Shown: positions 8,434-17,821 of the stretch, piece by piece
Numbering within the stretch: position 1 is the first letter of the stretch
Layout: every line of letters begins with the position of its first letter
From: Waterburya sp.
Lineage (GTDB): Bacteria; Cyanobacteriota; Cyanobacteriia; Cyanobacteriales; Xenococcaceae
DNA length: 64,000 nucleotides
Assembly (NCBI GenBank): GCA_965217895.1
Contig: CBDCJV010000002.1
Coordinates: 3,264,001-3,328,000, forward strand
Direction of reading: 5' to 3'
Position numbers and translations under genes: made by a program
Notes under the pieces: model-generated
The model's database searches: none
What the model was told of the DNA's origin: nothing
Seen by the model: the letters and a program-made list of their open reading frames with translations, nothing else

Positions 8434-11400
8434 TTAAACTCTAAATTTCCAAGATACAATTTGATATGGTTTAATTTTATAATTACGTATGTTGCTAACG
8501 TCTTGTTTTTCTTCTAGGCAATTAATGAAACTATCAATCGATAAATCTAGATTATTGCTAATAATTAGCTTGGTTTCCTCTCCATGAGCTTCATAACAGC
8601 GCATAATTGGTTGTTGATCGCAAGCTAACTTAAACGCCATTAAAATTAAATTATCTGCCGATAAATCTAATAGCTCGTTTATAGGAGATAAATTTTTATT
8701 TTGTGGATTATTAAAGCTCTTTTGATCTAGAATTATTGTCTGCAACGGCGTATTTAATTCATAGCCTTTTTGTACCGTTCTTGCTTTTTTCCAGTCATTT
8801 ACATGAGGGTAAATAGCATAGGTAAAGTGATGAGTACCTCGATCGCTTTGAGGATCTGGCCAGATAGAAGAACGTAATAAAGTTAAGCGCAATAGATCTG
8901 GTTTGGCATCATAACCATGTTTACAGTCGTTGAGCAAGCTTACGCCATATTTACTATCGTTATCAGTTAAGTCTGCCCAATTTAATGCAGATACTTCCCA
9001 TTTTGCTTTTTCTTCTGCTGTCTTGGGTTGGGTAGTTCTTTTTATTGCTCCACAGGGTATTTCATAAGTAACGTAATCACTAGTTATATTCAAAGGGAAA
9101 GCAACTTTAACCATTACATGAGTTTCTTGCCAATCAACCGTATTATTTATTTTTAAAACAGATGAATCTGGTTCTAAAATATAGTCTTGAATAAATTTTG
9201 AGTTATTTAATTTCTTTACTACTCTAATACTTTTTATTAATTCATTATTTATCCATTCAATCGATTCTAATTCTGTCTCAGGCAATTGATTTTGTTCATA
9301 TTCTGGGTCAATATTCCAAGCGTCCCAGTATTGCCCTCGATCTTCAAAAGCTTGGATTGTATTACCTGAATCTCTAAGTATTTCTCGATTATTTATTCGG
9401 TCATAAATACTATCTAAATCGCCAGTATCAGAGTTGACAATTACTTTTAAATATTGATTTTCTAGAACATAATCATGCTGTTGTGAAGCTTTACTTGCCA
9501 AAGAATCATTATTAGGACACAGCCAGAATAAACGATAGCCTATAGATGGAATATCTTCAGCTAAGAAAATTAATTGATTGTCTTTGATTAATTGCGATCG
9601 CATTATATTTCCCTCGCTATCACATACTCCAGATTTAGAGCTTTCGATAGTTACCATCTGCGATCGCTTCCAGTTAAGAGAATTAAACACAACTAGAGGT
9701 TGAGCGTCGTTTTGGGGTGGTTTGGGTAACTTAATACTTGAGGCGATCGCATCCAAAGCATTTTGTAATATATTTTCGCCAATTGCGATCGCCTCTTCCC
9801 AGTCCTGGTTAGCCTCAGTGAAGACTTCGGTGATCGATGTCCCTGGCAAAATATCGTGGAACTGGTTAAATAAAACTTTTTTCCAGGCTATTTCGATTAA
9901 TTGTTGCCAGTCCTCTTGACAAAGACCTTCTTTTCCAATTATTCTGTTCATAATGGAAAATAGTGCTTGGCTAACGAACTTGTCCTCACAAAGCAGGGTT
10001 GCAAGAGTTGACCATAACTCCGCCTGATAAAGTAATCTTTCACAGTAGCGATTATATTTTTTCTGATCTGCATGGACGGTATAGCAGCCACGATGCAGTT
10101 CTAGATACAGTTCGTCTTTCCAGACAGGGAATTGCTCTTGAGTTGCATCTCCATTAATATCTATCCCCTTAGTGTTCTTCTCTGCGTCTCTGCGTCTTTG
10201 CGCGAGATAATCCTCTTCGCTAATCGTTGCCAAATAATCAATCGCTGTGGAAAACTCAATCTTAGGAAAGAAAGGCGAGTTATCCCATTTGTGAGCCACT
10301 TCTAACATATCCCTCGTTGGCCCGCCACCATGATCGCCTACTCCTGGTAGCCAAAAGATATCCTGTAAGCCTGTCTGAGTTTCCCAGTCAAAAGCGTAAT
10401 TAGTCATAGTAATCGGATTTGTATCCATTACTCCCGTCACGTTAGGAGGAGACATCAAAGTTAGCAATTGTGTCCCGTCAGGAGATTCCCACCAGAAACA
10501 ACCCAAAGGAAACTTATTAGTATCATTCCAGTGCAGCTTACCCGTTACAAAATATTCAATCCCGCATTGTTTAAAGATTTGGGGTAGTTGCCAAGTAAAA
10601 CCAAAGCTATCGGTTAGCCAAGCAACTTTAGTTATCTTGCCAAACTTTTCTTGATAGTATTGCTGTCCGTATAACAACTGCCGTATCAACGACTCACCGC
10701 TAACCAGATTAGTTTCTGGTTCAATCCACATTCCTCCTAACACTTCCCATTTATTCAACTCAACTGCATTCTTAATTTCTGCAAACAGTTGAGGACGATT
10801 AATTTCCAGCCATTGATATAAAGCAGGGCTAGTATGACCAAAAGTCAAGGCTGGAAAATCTTGTTGTAAGCTAAGTACAGATTTAAAAGTACGCTCGGCT
10901 ACTTCGTAAGTTTCATCTGTTGTCCACAACCACGCCATATCTAAATGAGCATGACCGAGTAAATTAAAGCGACGCTGTTTAATATTTTTCCCTAAAGGCA
11001 ACAGGCTCGATCGCAATTTAGCCAAATCGTCTCCGAACTTGTTCCCGTTTTCAAAATTGTCCCAGTTAAACTTATCTAAGGCTGTTGCTAATACGTCTAG
11101 GTGTTCGGGTTCAAACTGAGTTAAGTACTTATATAGTACAGTTAGTTCTTCGGCTATCAAGCCTGGATCGATATTTTCAGGAGTATCTAACCTTTCATAA
11201 AGCAAATGCGATCGCATCAATGCCCCAATGTCATGATTAGGGCTAACAAGGCGAATAGTAACTAAATATCTTTGTCCTGGTTGAACACAATCCGTAATCA
11301 GTACCCGCGCTGAAGAATCAAATAAGTCTCCCTGCTGTACCAATTCCCCGTTAATAAATATTTGTGCATCTTCCGCCCACCAAGTTAAGACCAAGCGTAA

Positions 11401-11685
11401 ACTTAATCCTGATATTGGATATCCCTTTAGCGTTGGCGGAATAACAATTTGTTGCGCTAGCCATTTGATCTGTTTTCCTTTAGCAAAAACAATATAACCT
11501 TGCTCGTTAACTGCTGCGGTTTGGCATTCTTGCAGATCGACCTTGGCTAGATTTTTGCCAATATTGACTATGCTTAAAAGTGTAATATCGCGCCAATTAT
11601 CTTGTACCTCTAGTTTAACTAGTTGACGTAATTTGGCGATAAATTGCTCGATAGTTAGGACGAAATTATCAGACACGGCAATCAA
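8434..11685 (-). CDS. Alpha-mannosidase (GH38)
   Basis: GHAHLDMAWLW, WLTDSFG, GVGDHGGGP, ELYLELHRGCYT and NQFHDILPG motifs. Confidence 0.95.
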   Translation of the reverse strand: MIAVSDNFVLTIEQFIAKLRQLVKLEVQDNWRDITLLSIVNIGKNLAKVDLQECQTAAVNEQGYIVFAKGKQIKWLAQQIVIPPTLKGYPISGLSLRLVLTWWAEDAQIFINGELVQQGDLFDSSARVLITDCVQPGQRYLVTIRLVSPNHDIGALMRSHLLYERLDTPENIDPGLIAEELTVLYKYLTQFEPEHLDVLATALDKFNWDNFENGNKFGDDLAKLRSSLLPLGKNIKQRRFNLLGHAHLDMAWLWTTDETYEVAERTFKSVLSLQQDFPALTFGHTSPALYQWLEINRPQLFAEIKNAVELNKWEVLGGMWIEPETNLVSGESLIRQLLYGQQYYQEKFGKITKVAWLTDSFGFTWQLPQIFKQCGIEYFVTGKLHWNDTNKFPLGCFWWESPDGTQLLTLMSPPNVTGVMDTNPITMTNYAFDWETQTGLQDIFWLPGVGDHGGGPTRDMLEVAHKWDNSPFFPKIEFSTAIDYLATISEEDYLAQRRRDAEKNTKGIDINGDATQEQFPVWKDELYLELHRGCYTVHADQKKYNRYCERLLYQAELWSTLATLLCEDKFVSQALFSIMNRIIGKEGLCQEDWQQLIEIAWKKVLFNQFHDILPGTSITEVFTEANQDWEEAIAIGENILQNALDAIASSIKLPKPPQNDAQPLVVFNSLNWKRSQMVTIESSKSGVCDSEGNIMRSQLIKDNQLIFLAEDIPSIGYRLFWLCPNNDSLASKASQQHDYVLENQYLKVIVNSDTGDLDSIYDRINNREILRDSGNTIQAFEDRGQYWDAWNIDPEYEQNQLPETELESIEWINNELIKSIRVVKKLNNSKFIQDYILEPDSSVLKINNTVDWQETHVMVKVAFPLNITSDYVTYEIPCGAIKRTTQPKTAEEKAKWEVSALNWADLTDNDSKYGVSLLNDCKHGYDAKPDLLRLTLLRSSIWPDPQSDRGTHHFTYAIYPHVNDWKKARTVQKGYELNTPLQTIILDQKSFNNPQNKNLSPINELLDLSADNLILMAFKLACDQQPIMRCYEAHGEETKLIISNNLDLSIDSFINCLEEKQDVSNIRNYKIKPYQIVSWKFRV
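10180..10208. repeat. CTCTGCGT-type short repeat inside the alpha-mannosidase CDS
   Basis: CTCTGCGT CTCTGCGT CTTTGCGC GAGA, translated as YLAQRRRDAE in an atypical loop. Confidence 0.6.
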
Positions 11686-11692
11686 AATAAAG

Positions 11693-11795
11693 GGCGTTGC
11701 TGATTTAAGCTATGAAACTGATAGTGAAACTGTTCGTAGCTATTAGCTATTAGCTTTTTTTAAATGAAAAAGAATATAAATCCAACTAACTATTC
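11693..11795 (+). repeat. Partial copy of the GGCGTTGCTGA-ended element with internal TTAGCTA heptamers
   Basis: Collinear with the left part of the element at 54532: GGCGTTGCTGATT.AAG...ACTGTTCGTAGCT.TTAGC...TTCATGTT. Confidence 0.6.
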
Positions 11796-11805
11796 ATGTT
11801 TCAAA

Positions 11806-12780
11806 TTAACTTTTTGATGGGACAAGAAACTTTTGAGACAAAACTTTGTAAATCCCTTTGAATAACTCTTTTGGCTCGTTATCCAACATCGAATCACGGT
11901 AAACACACATAATAGAGCAACCTTCTTCGCAACCTTTATATTGCTGCGACTGTTGTTTTAGATCTTCAAGACTATACTCTGTGAGCGGTTTATTCAAGCG
12001 ATCGCGCTGGGAAGAACAGTATTGTACCAACCCAAATTCGTCAACGTAAAGATAACGCGAACCAGAACGACATTTCCACTTAGGTTTCTTCCCTTGTAAA
12101 AGATTTCTTCCATAATCATGATCGCTTAGGGGATATGGTTCTCCGCTTGTAAAATATTCGTCCCAAAGCTTGAGATATTCGTCACCTTCAATCTCAATTT
12201 GTCCTTTTTCATTGTGCATCAAACCAACTGAGACATTGAAGCCAAAGGCTCGAATTTTAGTTAAAGTCTCCATAAAAGTTAATTTAGTAGATTCGCATAA
12301 CACTATATTGGCGTGAACATCAAAATTTGCGTGTTCTCGTAAAATTTCTAATTTTGGCAACAATTGTTGGAACGATTTTTGAATATAACCAGTTGAATCT
12401 GTTTCTAAAACATCGATGCTGATTTGTAAATTACTCAATCCAGCCTCATTCAGTTTTTTGACTAACTTTTCAGTCAGTAAAAACCCATTGGTAGTAATCG
12501 AAACCTGATTTTTTCGATTACAATATTTGACAATCTCAACGATGTTGGGGTGCATTAATGGTTCGCCACCTAAAAGAGAAGTATTAACGACGCGCAATCG
12601 ATGAATCGCATCAATTCGTTCTTTTAAAAGCTCTAGAGGTACTGGAGAAGAATAGTTGTCGAACTCTGTACAGTAGCCACAACTTAAATTACAACGGCGA
12701 GTTACAATCAGTTGAGCTTCTAGGGGCGATTTAAAAAAAAGTAAACTGATAGCCGATCGTAACGGTTGTTTTACTCGCAT
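11806..12780 (-). CDS. Radical SAM protein with a C-terminal twitch/SPASM-like Cys region
   Basis: CNLSCGYC motif, GGEP motif, C-terminal CRSG...YCS...CEEGCSIMC; start placed at ATG 12780. Confidence 0.88.
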   Translation of the reverse strand: MRVKQPLRSAISLLFFKSPLEAQLIVTRRCNLSCGYCTEFDNYSSPVPLELLKERIDAIHRLRVVNTSLLGGEPLMHPNIVEIVKYCNRKNQVSITTNGFLLTEKLVKKLNEAGLSNLQISIDVLETDSTGYIQKSFQQLLPKLEILREHANFDVHANIVLCESTKLTFMETLTKIRAFGFNVSVGLMHNEKGQIEIEGDEYLKLWDEYFTSGEPYPLSDHDYGRNLLQGKKPKWKCRSGSRYLYVDEFGLVQYCSSQRDRLNKPLTEYSLEDLKQQSQQYKGCEEGCSIMCVYRDSMLDNEPKELFKGIYKVLSQKFLVPSKS

Positions 12781-12859
12781 AATACACACCTGTTCTTAGT
12801 AAATTTGTAACTATCATTAGATAGCCATGTAGCATCTGAAAACATAACACAATCTTGCC

Positions 12860-14881
12860 ATGATGACTTTTGCAGTTTTTTCTCTAGCATTGAAACCCAT
12901 ACGCGATCCTGTAGCCGTTTTCTTGATGATTTTGGCTATCATGTTGGTTGCGCCTTTATTATTCGAGCGATTTCGCCTACCTGGTATTGTTGGCTTGATT
13001 TTGGCGGGGGTAATTGTTGGCCCTAAAGGGCTAGGATTATTAGAAAGAAACAGCAATATTATCTTGTTAGGTACGATTGGCTTGTTGTTTCTTATGTTTA
13101 TGGCGGGTTTAGAAACCAGCCTCGACGATCTTAAAGACAACAAGGATAAAGCCATTATCTTTGGTCTTGCCACTTTTCTCTTGCCGATGATTATCGGTAC
13201 AGGGGCGATGATGCTGGTGGGATACGGCATCTTGCCAGCAATATTAGTGGCTTCTTGTTTTGCTTCCCATACTTTACTGGCACTGCCAATCCTCAGTAAA
13301 CTGGGCATTATGCGATCGCCAGCGGTTAATGTCACCCTGGGAGGGACATTAATTACTAACGTTTTGGCTTTACTGGTTTTAGCGGTAGTAGTCAAAGCTT
13401 TTTCAGGCGAACTAACTATAAGTTTCTGGTTATTTCTGATTCCTGCCTTAACCATTTATACTTTGGCAACCTTATGGGGCGTACCCAAAATTGGACGCTG
13501 GTTTTTTGCTAAATTTGGACATGATGAGAGTGCGGAATTTATTTTTGTCTTAGCAACATTGTTTGTTGTCTCCTACGTTGCAGGTTTAATCGAAATCGAG
13601 CCGATTATTGGCGCATTTTTGGCAGGAATTGCCTTAACGCCGTTAATTCCCCAATTAAGCCCCTTAATGAATCGGATTCAGTTTATCGGCAACACCTTAT
13701 TTGTGCCGTTTTTCTTGATTTCTGTCGGGATGCTGATCGATCCGCTAATTTTAATTAGTGAACCTAAATCATTAGTCATTGCAGCAGTAATGATTGTTGC
13801 CGAATTAATTAGTAAATTTCTTGCTGCTTGGGGTGCGGGAAAATGGTTTGGCTTTAAATTTCCCAGCACGATGGTTATGTTTGGGCTATCCATCGCTCAA
13901 GCTGCATCTACCCTAGCCGCAATTACCGTGGCATATGAAATCAAGTTAGTCGATCGCACTACCGTAAATGGCATTGTGGCAATGATTCTTTTTACCTGTA
14001 TTGCCTCTCCTTTGGTAACCGAAAGATGGGGTAAACAAATTACTACTGCTGAGAAGACTCCAACTGCTACTAATAAAACTAAAGTTTTGGCACAGCGGGT
14101 TTTAGTTCCTGTGGCTAATCCTAATAACGAAGATAACCTGTTAAATTTAGCTTTAATTCTTGCCAAAACTGCTAATGGAATTCTTTTTCCGCTCAACATT
14201 TTAAGCGATCGCCACGAACCCGTCTCTCTTGACGCGAGAATTCAGCAGCGCAAGCTATTAGAAACAGCAGAAACCCTGGCACACGCTGCTGATGCGAGGG
14301 TAGAAACTATCGCTAGAGTAGACGATGGAATTGATCGCGGAATTGTGCGTACAGCAATTGAACGGGATGTCAGTTTGGTAGTCTGTGGTTGGAAGGGCTA
14401 TTCTACCTATCAAGACAATTTCTTTGGCAGTGTGATCGATAACGTTGCCTTGCAACTACCTATTCCTGTCTTAATTACTCGCTTTGTTCAACCTATTGCT
14501 AATACCGCCAGAGTTTTCTTAGCCGTTACCAAAAGACAAGCACTGGCAGATGAATTTGCACAAACTATTAATATTGCGCAAATGTTAGCCAGCGAACTAA
14601 AGACTAGCTTAGAAGTATTAGTGGTAGCCACCAATAAGCAAACTCAACTCACTCCTAAAGAATTAGCTAAACTCAATCAAGATGTTGTTGTCGGTCAAGC
14701 CCAGGGCAATTTTATTAAGGAAGTTTCTCAGAAAATCTGCCGTAACGACTTATTACTCTTTCCTGTCAAAAGTACAGAAGCTAGACTGCGCCAAAGATCT
14801 GCTGTCGGCACTATCCCCGAAGCGATCGCCCGTACCCATGATGACGTTTCAATCTTAGTAATTCATTTTCCGATGAATTAA
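12860..14881 (+). CDS. CPA2 cation:proton antiporter with C-terminal USP-like domain (NhaS5-like)
   Basis: About 12 TM segments, LPGIVGLILAG, MFMAGLE, FVPFFLISVG, followed by RVLVPVANP USP-like region. Confidence 0.88.
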   Translation: MMTFAVFSLALKPIRDPVAVFLMILAIMLVAPLLFERFRLPGIVGLILAGVIVGPKGLGLLERNSNIILLGTIGLLFLMFMAGLETSLDDLKDNKDKAIIFGLATFLLPMIIGTGAMMLVGYGILPAILVASCFASHTLLALPILSKLGIMRSPAVNVTLGGTLITNVLALLVLAVVVKAFSGELTISFWLFLIPALTIYTLATLWGVPKIGRWFFAKFGHDESAEFIFVLATLFVVSYVAGLIEIEPIIGAFLAGIALTPLIPQLSPLMNRIQFIGNTLFVPFFLISVGMLIDPLILISEPKSLVIAAVMIVAELISKFLAAWGAGKWFGFKFPSTMVMFGLSIAQAASTLAAITVAYEIKLVDRTTVNGIVAMILFTCIASPLVTERWGKQITTAEKTPTATNKTKVLAQRVLVPVANPNNEDNLLNLALILAKTANGILFPLNILSDRHEPVSLDARIQQRKLLETAETLAHAADARVETIARVDDGIDRGIVRTAIERDVSLVVCGWKGYSTYQDNFFGSVIDNVALQLPIPVLITRFVQPIANTARVFLAVTKRQALADEFAQTINIAQMLASELKTSLEVLVVATNKQTQLTPKELAKLNQDVVVGQAQGNFIKEVSQKICRNDLLLFPVKSTEARLRQRSAVGTIPEAIARTHDDVSILVIHFPMN

Positions 14882-14940
14882 AAGCGCGATCGCCTTCTAT
14901 AATGTTTATGCTTTATCCTTCGTAAATAGTTGAATCAATT

Positions 14941-15219
14941 TTGAGCATCAAGTTTGAATGGGATGAGCAGAAACGTCTATCTAATCTGCAAAAACATGGC
15001 ATAGATTTTATTAGTGCCTGTCAGGTTTTCAATAGTTTTACAGTAGAGTTTGAAGATAAACGTTATGATTATGGTGAGGACAGATATGTTGCTGTTGGCA
15101 AAACCAAAGGGCAAATTTTAACTGTCATCTACACCTATCGAGGCGATGCAATTAGATTAATTAGTGCGCGTCAAGCAACTAAATATGAAAGAAACCTTTA
15201 TTACTCGGACAACTATTGA
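14941..15219 (+). CDS. BrnT family toxin
   Basis: FEWDEQKRLSNLQKHGIDF, YGEDR and IRLISARQAT motifs. Confidence 0.88.
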   Translation: MSIKFEWDEQKRLSNLQKHGIDFISACQVFNSFTVEFEDKRYDYGEDRYVAVGKTKGQILTVIYTYRGDAIRLISARQATKYERNLYYSDNY

Positions 15220-15370
15220 TAAAGCTAAAAAATCAGAAGATTTGACTGATTTGGAAAGGCTTAATTCTATGAGTGAGGCAGAAATTGAAGCAAATGCTCT
15301 TTGTGATCCAGATAATCAGCCTTTGACCCCTGATAACTTTACAAAAGTTCGTAGAATTAAGCGTAAATAG
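15185..15370 (+). CDS. Short BrnA-like antitoxin (N-terminal part only)
   Basis: Overlaps the brnT 3' end; TDLERLNSMSEAEIEANALCDPDNQPLT resembles the BrnA N-terminus but stops before an RHH domain. Confidence 0.6.
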   Translation: MKETFITRTTIDKAKKSEDLTDLERLNSMSEAEIEANALCDPDNQPLTPDNFTKVRRIKRK

Positions 15371-15399
15371 AACTGTACTTATTACTCGTTACTTGCTAC

Positions 15400-17136
15400 T
15401 TAATAATGACTGCCTGACTTACGGTGTTGAATTGCCGTAATTCCATTTAATTCAGACACTTCACCTTGGTCTACCACTGCATAAATTAAAGTGCGATCGC
15501 CTGATGGTAAACGGCTTTGGACAGTACATTCAACGTTAGCTAATGCTTCTTCAATAATTAAGCAGCCATTGGCGGCGGTTTTGGTAGTTACATTGTTGAA
15601 AGAATCACTACTCTGATTACTGAAGTTTCTTCTGACAGTTCTACCTTCTTTAAGGATATTTAGTACAAACTTATCTCCTGGATTACTAATTAGATCCACA
15701 TTTTGTGACTCAGCTATCGCAACCATTACCCCAGGAGGATTAAAAGTTGCTTGAGATACCCAAGAAGTCAACACACCTATATGATGATTATCCTGACAGG
15801 TAGTTAAGACGCAGATCGAACCAACAATTCTACCCACTGCTTGTTCAGTGCGATCGATTTGAGTTTCGGTGACAGCTTGACGAGGACTACGGAGCTTCTT
15901 CGATTTTTTCAGTCTTTGAGTAAATTCTTGTCCTGCCTGAATACATTCTTTTAAAATAGCAGTGGTGGGACTAAAACGAACACGGATCGGTTCAAACCCG
16001 AAGCTATAATGAGCATCTTTTAACTTATTTTCTAGCATGGCGATCGCTTCACCACTCCAGCCATAAGAACCAAATACCCCTGCTAACTTAGTTTTCGCTG
16101 CGGTAGCTAAGACGATTCCTAATGCGGTTTGAATTTGAGTTGGGGCATGGCCGCCTAATGTGGGCGAACCAATAATAAAACCATCACAGGCTTGAATTGC
16201 TGCGGTAATTTCTTCAGAGGTGGCAAGTTCGCAGTTAATTGATTCAACTGTTACTCCCGACTGTACTAATCCATGAGCGATCGCGCCAGCTAAAGTGGCA
16301 GTGCTACCATAAGCAGAAGCATAAAGCAAAACTACCTTAAATTCTTGAGCAAGTTGTGATTGACACCACTGCTGATAATCGTAGCTAAAGCGACTGAGGC
16401 TATATCTAACTAACGAACCATGAGCAGGGGCATAAATTTTAGCAGTTAAAGGCGCAAATTTAGCTAAGGCAGCTTCTAATTGTTTGGTTTGGCTAGCGTG
16501 GAGACAGTCAAAATAAAAACGGCGGTCTATACCTAATTGTTTCCAATTATCATCAAAGATAGAATCATCGCATAAGTGCGCTCCAAAAAACTTATCAGTG
16601 TAAAGAATCTTGCTTTGAGGATCGTAGGTACACAATCCATCTACCCAACGGGGAGTAGTGACGCTGATAAACTGTAGTCGATGTCCCTGTCCCAAGTCCA
16701 AAGTATCGTTGTCTCTAACTACGCGAATTTGCGATCGCCATTGGGGAAACATTAAGGCACCCTTGAGGGCATTAACTGCTGGTTTGGAACAAATTATTTT
16801 GGCTTGAGGTGCTTGTCCTACCAGAACTTGTATGGTTGCCAAGCGATTAGGATTAACGTGCTGTAGGATAATATAATCTAGCTTTTTTAAGTCAAGCTGC
16901 TGTGTTAATGTTTCCAAATAAATTTGGGTAAAAGATTGTCCTGGCGGATCGATTAGAGCAACTTTATCGGCTTGAATCAAATAAGAATTAGAAGTCGTGC
17001 CTTTTTGACGAGAATATTCAACTTCAAACTTTAATCTATCCCAAGTACGCGATCGCAATACTTGAGTATTGGTAGCAATTTCGGCTACTTGAACATCTCT
17101 TTTTTTAGCTGTTGGTTGAATGGTTGTTTGTTTCAT
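15400..17136 (-). CDS. flv2: Flavodiiron protein Flv2
   Basis: Beta-lactamase-like, flavodoxin and flavin-reductase domains with non-canonical metal ligands (QHVNPNR); third gene of a flv-PsiE-flv operon. Confidence 0.8.
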   Translation of the reverse strand: MKQTTIQPTAKKRDVQVAEIATNTQVLRSRTWDRLKFEVEYSRQKGTTSNSYLIQADKVALIDPPGQSFTQIYLETLTQQLDLKKLDYIILQHVNPNRLATIQVLVGQAPQAKIICSKPAVNALKGALMFPQWRSQIRVVRDNDTLDLGQGHRLQFISVTTPRWVDGLCTYDPQSKILYTDKFFGAHLCDDSIFDDNWKQLGIDRRFYFDCLHASQTKQLEAALAKFAPLTAKIYAPAHGSLVRYSLSRFSYDYQQWCQSQLAQEFKVVLLYASAYGSTATLAGAIAHGLVQSGVTVESINCELATSEEITAAIQACDGFIIGSPTLGGHAPTQIQTALGIVLATAAKTKLAGVFGSYGWSGEAIAMLENKLKDAHYSFGFEPIRVRFSPTTAILKECIQAGQEFTQRLKKSKKLRSPRQAVTETQIDRTEQAVGRIVGSICVLTTCQDNHHIGVLTSWVSQATFNPPGVMVAIAESQNVDLISNPGDKFVLNILKEGRTVRRNFSNQSSDSFNNVTTKTAANGCLIIEEALANVECTVQSRLPSGDRTLIYAVVDQGEVSELNGITAIQHRKSGSHY

Positions 17137-17232
17137 GGCTTTACGAAGGATGAAGGATGAGGAAATAGGCTATAAAAAGAAGAGTAGTAAAAAGTGAGAT
17201 CCCCTAAAGGGAACGTTTCCGAACCCAAAGGG

Positions 17233-17748
17233 TTAGAAGCTACTACTCTGTTTACCGTTCGTCCCTACTTTTTGTTTATATCGTTCGGATATTTTTTGTT
17301 CTGGATCGACACCTTCAAAGGTAGGCGGTAGCCAAACTCTGACTACTAACAAAACTGCTAAAACTAATAAAAAAGAACAGGTGGCTAATACCTGACTCCA
17401 AGGAATATCTAAAATTCCCTTGACAATAATTTCTCGCAAAACCGAAACAATGGAAACTTCTACTGCCACACCAATAGAAACTCGGCGTTCTTGGAGGTAA
17501 ATGATTAATAAGCGAAATAATTCGACTAAAATCAGGATAAATAAAATATCGGCTGTGACTTGGGTAAAGTTTAAAGGCGGTAACAGAGACACAAACATCT
17601 CTCGCAACTGAAGCGTCATGAAGCCAAATAGACCAATACAAAGAGAAATAATGATAAAGTCTTGGATAAATTCTAAAACTTTAATCACTCCACCATTATT
17701 TAGCCATTTATGCCAGGGAGTTGAGGAATTATCAACAGGTTTGTGCAT
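17233..17748 (-). CDS. PsiE-family membrane protein (Sll0218-like)
   Basis: ILFILILVELFR and SIVSVLREII motifs; lies between two flv genes; probable start MHKPV at 17748. Confidence 0.85.
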   Translation of the reverse strand: MHKPVDNSSTPWHKWLNNGGVIKVLEFIQDFIIISLCIGLFGFMTLQLREMFVSLLPPLNFTQVTADILFILILVELFRLLIIYLQERRVSIGVAVEVSIVSVLREIIVKGILDIPWSQVLATCSFLLVLAVLLVVRVWLPPTFEGVDPEQKISERYKQKVGTNGKQSSSF

Positions 17749-17757
17749 TATATTTGA

Positions 17758-17784
17758 TAGGGGCGAACGGCCGTTCGCCCGTAC
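17758..17784. repeat. REP-like palindrome
   Basis: TAGGGGCGAACGGCCGTTCGCCCGTAC; related copies at 21755, 28341 and 43516. Confidence 0.75.
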
Positions 17785-17821
17785 AGAGGTTAGAGGTTCG
17801 TCTTTCAAATTTAGATGCGGT

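Noticed and set aside
12817..13455. 212-aa minus-strand ORF and the other short antisense ORFs of the track
   Set aside because: They lie opposite well-supported genes and show no recognisable motifs; shadow ORFs.
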